A DNA stretch of 64,000 bases from Phoronis australis. Lineage: Eukaryota > Animalia > Phoronida. The position numbers were made by a program, and so were the translations under genes. Under the pieces are notes generated by a model. The model was not told where the DNA came from, ran no database searches, and saw nothing but the letters and a program-made list of their open reading frames with translations. Shown one piece after another: positions 62,001 to 64,000 of this stretch; position 1 is the stretch's first letter; the number at the start of each line of letters is the position of its first letter. The stretch spans positions 248,001-312,000 of the forward strand of contig NMRA01000035.1 of NCBI GenBank assembly GCA_002633005.1, written 5' to 3'.

Positions 62001-63667
62001 CGCCCTCTAGGACACTAAGAGTTAAGCCGAATTTGAAATTATTACGTCCGGTGACTAGAGTAAAGATGACACAAATACAAATAGTTTACATCCGAATTGT
62101 CTCAGATTTCAACAAATAATGGTACTAATACACGAAAGCTATAAGTAAAAGCGAATCTAGCGTGAAGCTAGGGAATCTTAAGCGTCTTGCCCTGATACTT
62201 TATTTTCCTTTTTCTTTATTGTCCACTTTGAAAACCACAGAACATAAGCTGAAAGCGCTTTTACAAAATAATTAAATTAGATTAAAGAGCAGTTTTTGGT
62301 TTCATGTCCGAGGCGCATTTTTTGAAATTATTGTTTTATGCGATATACTTCTTGAAGGTGTTGCCTTTGACCAGAATTGTGTTTGAAATTTTATTACAAA
62401 TGCCTAATTCCCCCCGTTGTCTACCTGACATTCAATAAATTCAAGTGGGATTTATCTCCAAAAGCAGGGCGTTTGGCTGCTACCGCGCGGGGGGTTCCGA
62501 ATTCGGTTCAGCACTGAAGCCGGTCTCACTCCGATAATGCCCCTTTAAAACGTATTTAAGTAAGACCTAGAATCCTATAAGGTGGTCAATAAACAAAGCC
62601 GAATAAAACAAAAAGTGCCAAAATCCGCTTTCACGCTTAGGAGGCACCTAGCGAGCGTCCGCATAGAGACCCCTCCTAATTTCCACACATAAAGGTGTTC
62701 TCAATTCATACAGAAGTGACCTGGTTTCGGAGCCGTAACCTCCTTAAAGAAGTTAGTGACATCACAGTTCTTCGAATGTGTAAGAAATCAGATTTAGTGA
62801 AATTTCAATATAACTTACCAACAAAAGAGTCGTAGTCATAAGGCGCAGCTCATTCTCCAAATATAAACCATCTTCGTCTTCCTTGTGCTGGTCATGCTAC
62901 ATGCCAAGACAATAATTGGAATTTGGCAGTGATTTGTGGATGGTCATCGTGACAGAAAACCCCCCAAAGCAAATCACAGCTACTTGCCTCGAGACCACCC
63001 GGCACGTGATCATCAAACATTAACATAAAATCAATACTACTACCTAACTACTCTATGGTATAATCGCACGTGCTTAAAACACCCGTAAATAAAGGGTTGC
63101 GGCGAGTGCGAACGCACCCCGTCCCACACCGGCAGCAGAGGTCCGCTCAAGGAACCGCCCATAGGCAGCTCAGCTCCGTCTGAACGGGAATAATTTAGTT
63201 TCTAATTGAGTATTAAGAATTTGTGACGTGAACATGGCTGACGGCACTGGAGCGAATAACTGGCCGGGGGATGGAGAAAAAACAAAAGGTCCGATAACCA
63301 CAATTTAACACCTAATCGTTGCAATAGCTGGCTACGGGCACGTGGTATCTTTAATGAGAAATTTTGACAAGGCCTCGTGCGTCCCTTTGCCTGCACCAAT
63401 GGCCAGAAAGTTGTGAAGATTGGTTTACATTTGAACCAGCCAATGAGACACGACACCTTCTCGGCAATGATACTTCTCAGAGAGGTGCGTGAGCAAAAGA
63501 CAAGGTATTGTCATATAGATAGTTAAAGAAAACCGACTTCTTCGTTTACAAAAATGTGAAATAGCCAGGGTCATAAAACGGATCGTCACGAAACTCCTTT
63601 ACTAATGGCTACCGCTAAAGCTTATATTTTAACCACCTGACGTCTGTCAGTTAGATAAGTAGCGATG

Positions 63668-63827
63668 ACCAGGCGTGCGTTCAGTAACTCTAGGACGTAC
63701 GCTAGGACCTAGCTAAAATGTAGCCAACGTCACGTGATCTCATTTCAAATACATGGCAATATCTCACGTAATATCGCGAAGTCTTGCTTTTTAGCGAGGT
63801 CCTAGCGTTACTGAACGGGAGGCTGGT
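63668..63827. mobile_element. MITE with terminal inverted repeats
   Basis: CGTTCAGTAACTCTAGGAC...CTAAAA versus TTTTAGCGAGGTCCTAGCGTTACTGAACG. Confidence 0.7.
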
Positions 63828-63941
63828 TTCCGGAGTGTTTGAAGCAAACTAAGCGCATGAAGCAAGAGCTGATAGGGTAACAGTGCCAAAGGCCTAGAAT
63901 AAATTCATTAATACAGCTAACGCTACTGGAGAGGCCTATAT

Positions 63942-64000
63942 CAGTAGCGGATTTAGAGGGGGCCAACGGGGCCATGGCCTTCCTAAAATTCTCCCAGATT
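63942..64000. mobile_element. Left end of a CAGTGGCGGAT-family MITE
   Basis: CAGTAGCGGATTTAGAGGGGGCCAACGGGGCCATGGCC resembles termini at 36571, 11296 and 46716; runs off the window. Confidence 0.5.

Noticed and set aside
62819-62896. Minus-strand exon-like segment HDQHKEDEDGLYL ending in GTAAGT, vaguely ATG8-like
   Set aside because: Weak acceptor, no partner exons, similarity too short.

Overview
Eukaryotic (intron-rich invertebrate metazoan) genomic DNA, not prokaryotic; no CRISPR, rRNA or intact tRNA is visible. The first ~44 kb hold four spliced housekeeping genes: the 5' end of a type I PKA regulatory subunit gene (minus strand, D/D-domain exon 7830-7997, remainder left of the window), a complete LENG8 (plus, 14 coding exons, 12574-23479, 762 aa), a complete HDDC2 (minus, 6 exons, 194 aa) and a complete MRPS28 (plus, 3 exons, 185 aa). 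HDDC2 and MRPS28 are head-to-head with only 66 bp between start codons. Three near-identical tandem duplications each abut a single N and look like two haplotypes joined end to end; they duplicate exons and expose polymorphic insertions. The last ~20 kb has no recognisable gene, only MITEs, foldback elements, a tRNA-like SINE head and candidate regulatory motifs. The most interesting signal is a cluster of unproductive decoy/micro-exons with strong 5' splice sites in the last intron of LENG8, itself a nuclear RNA quality-control factor. Gene identities come from my recall of family motifs, not from database searches.
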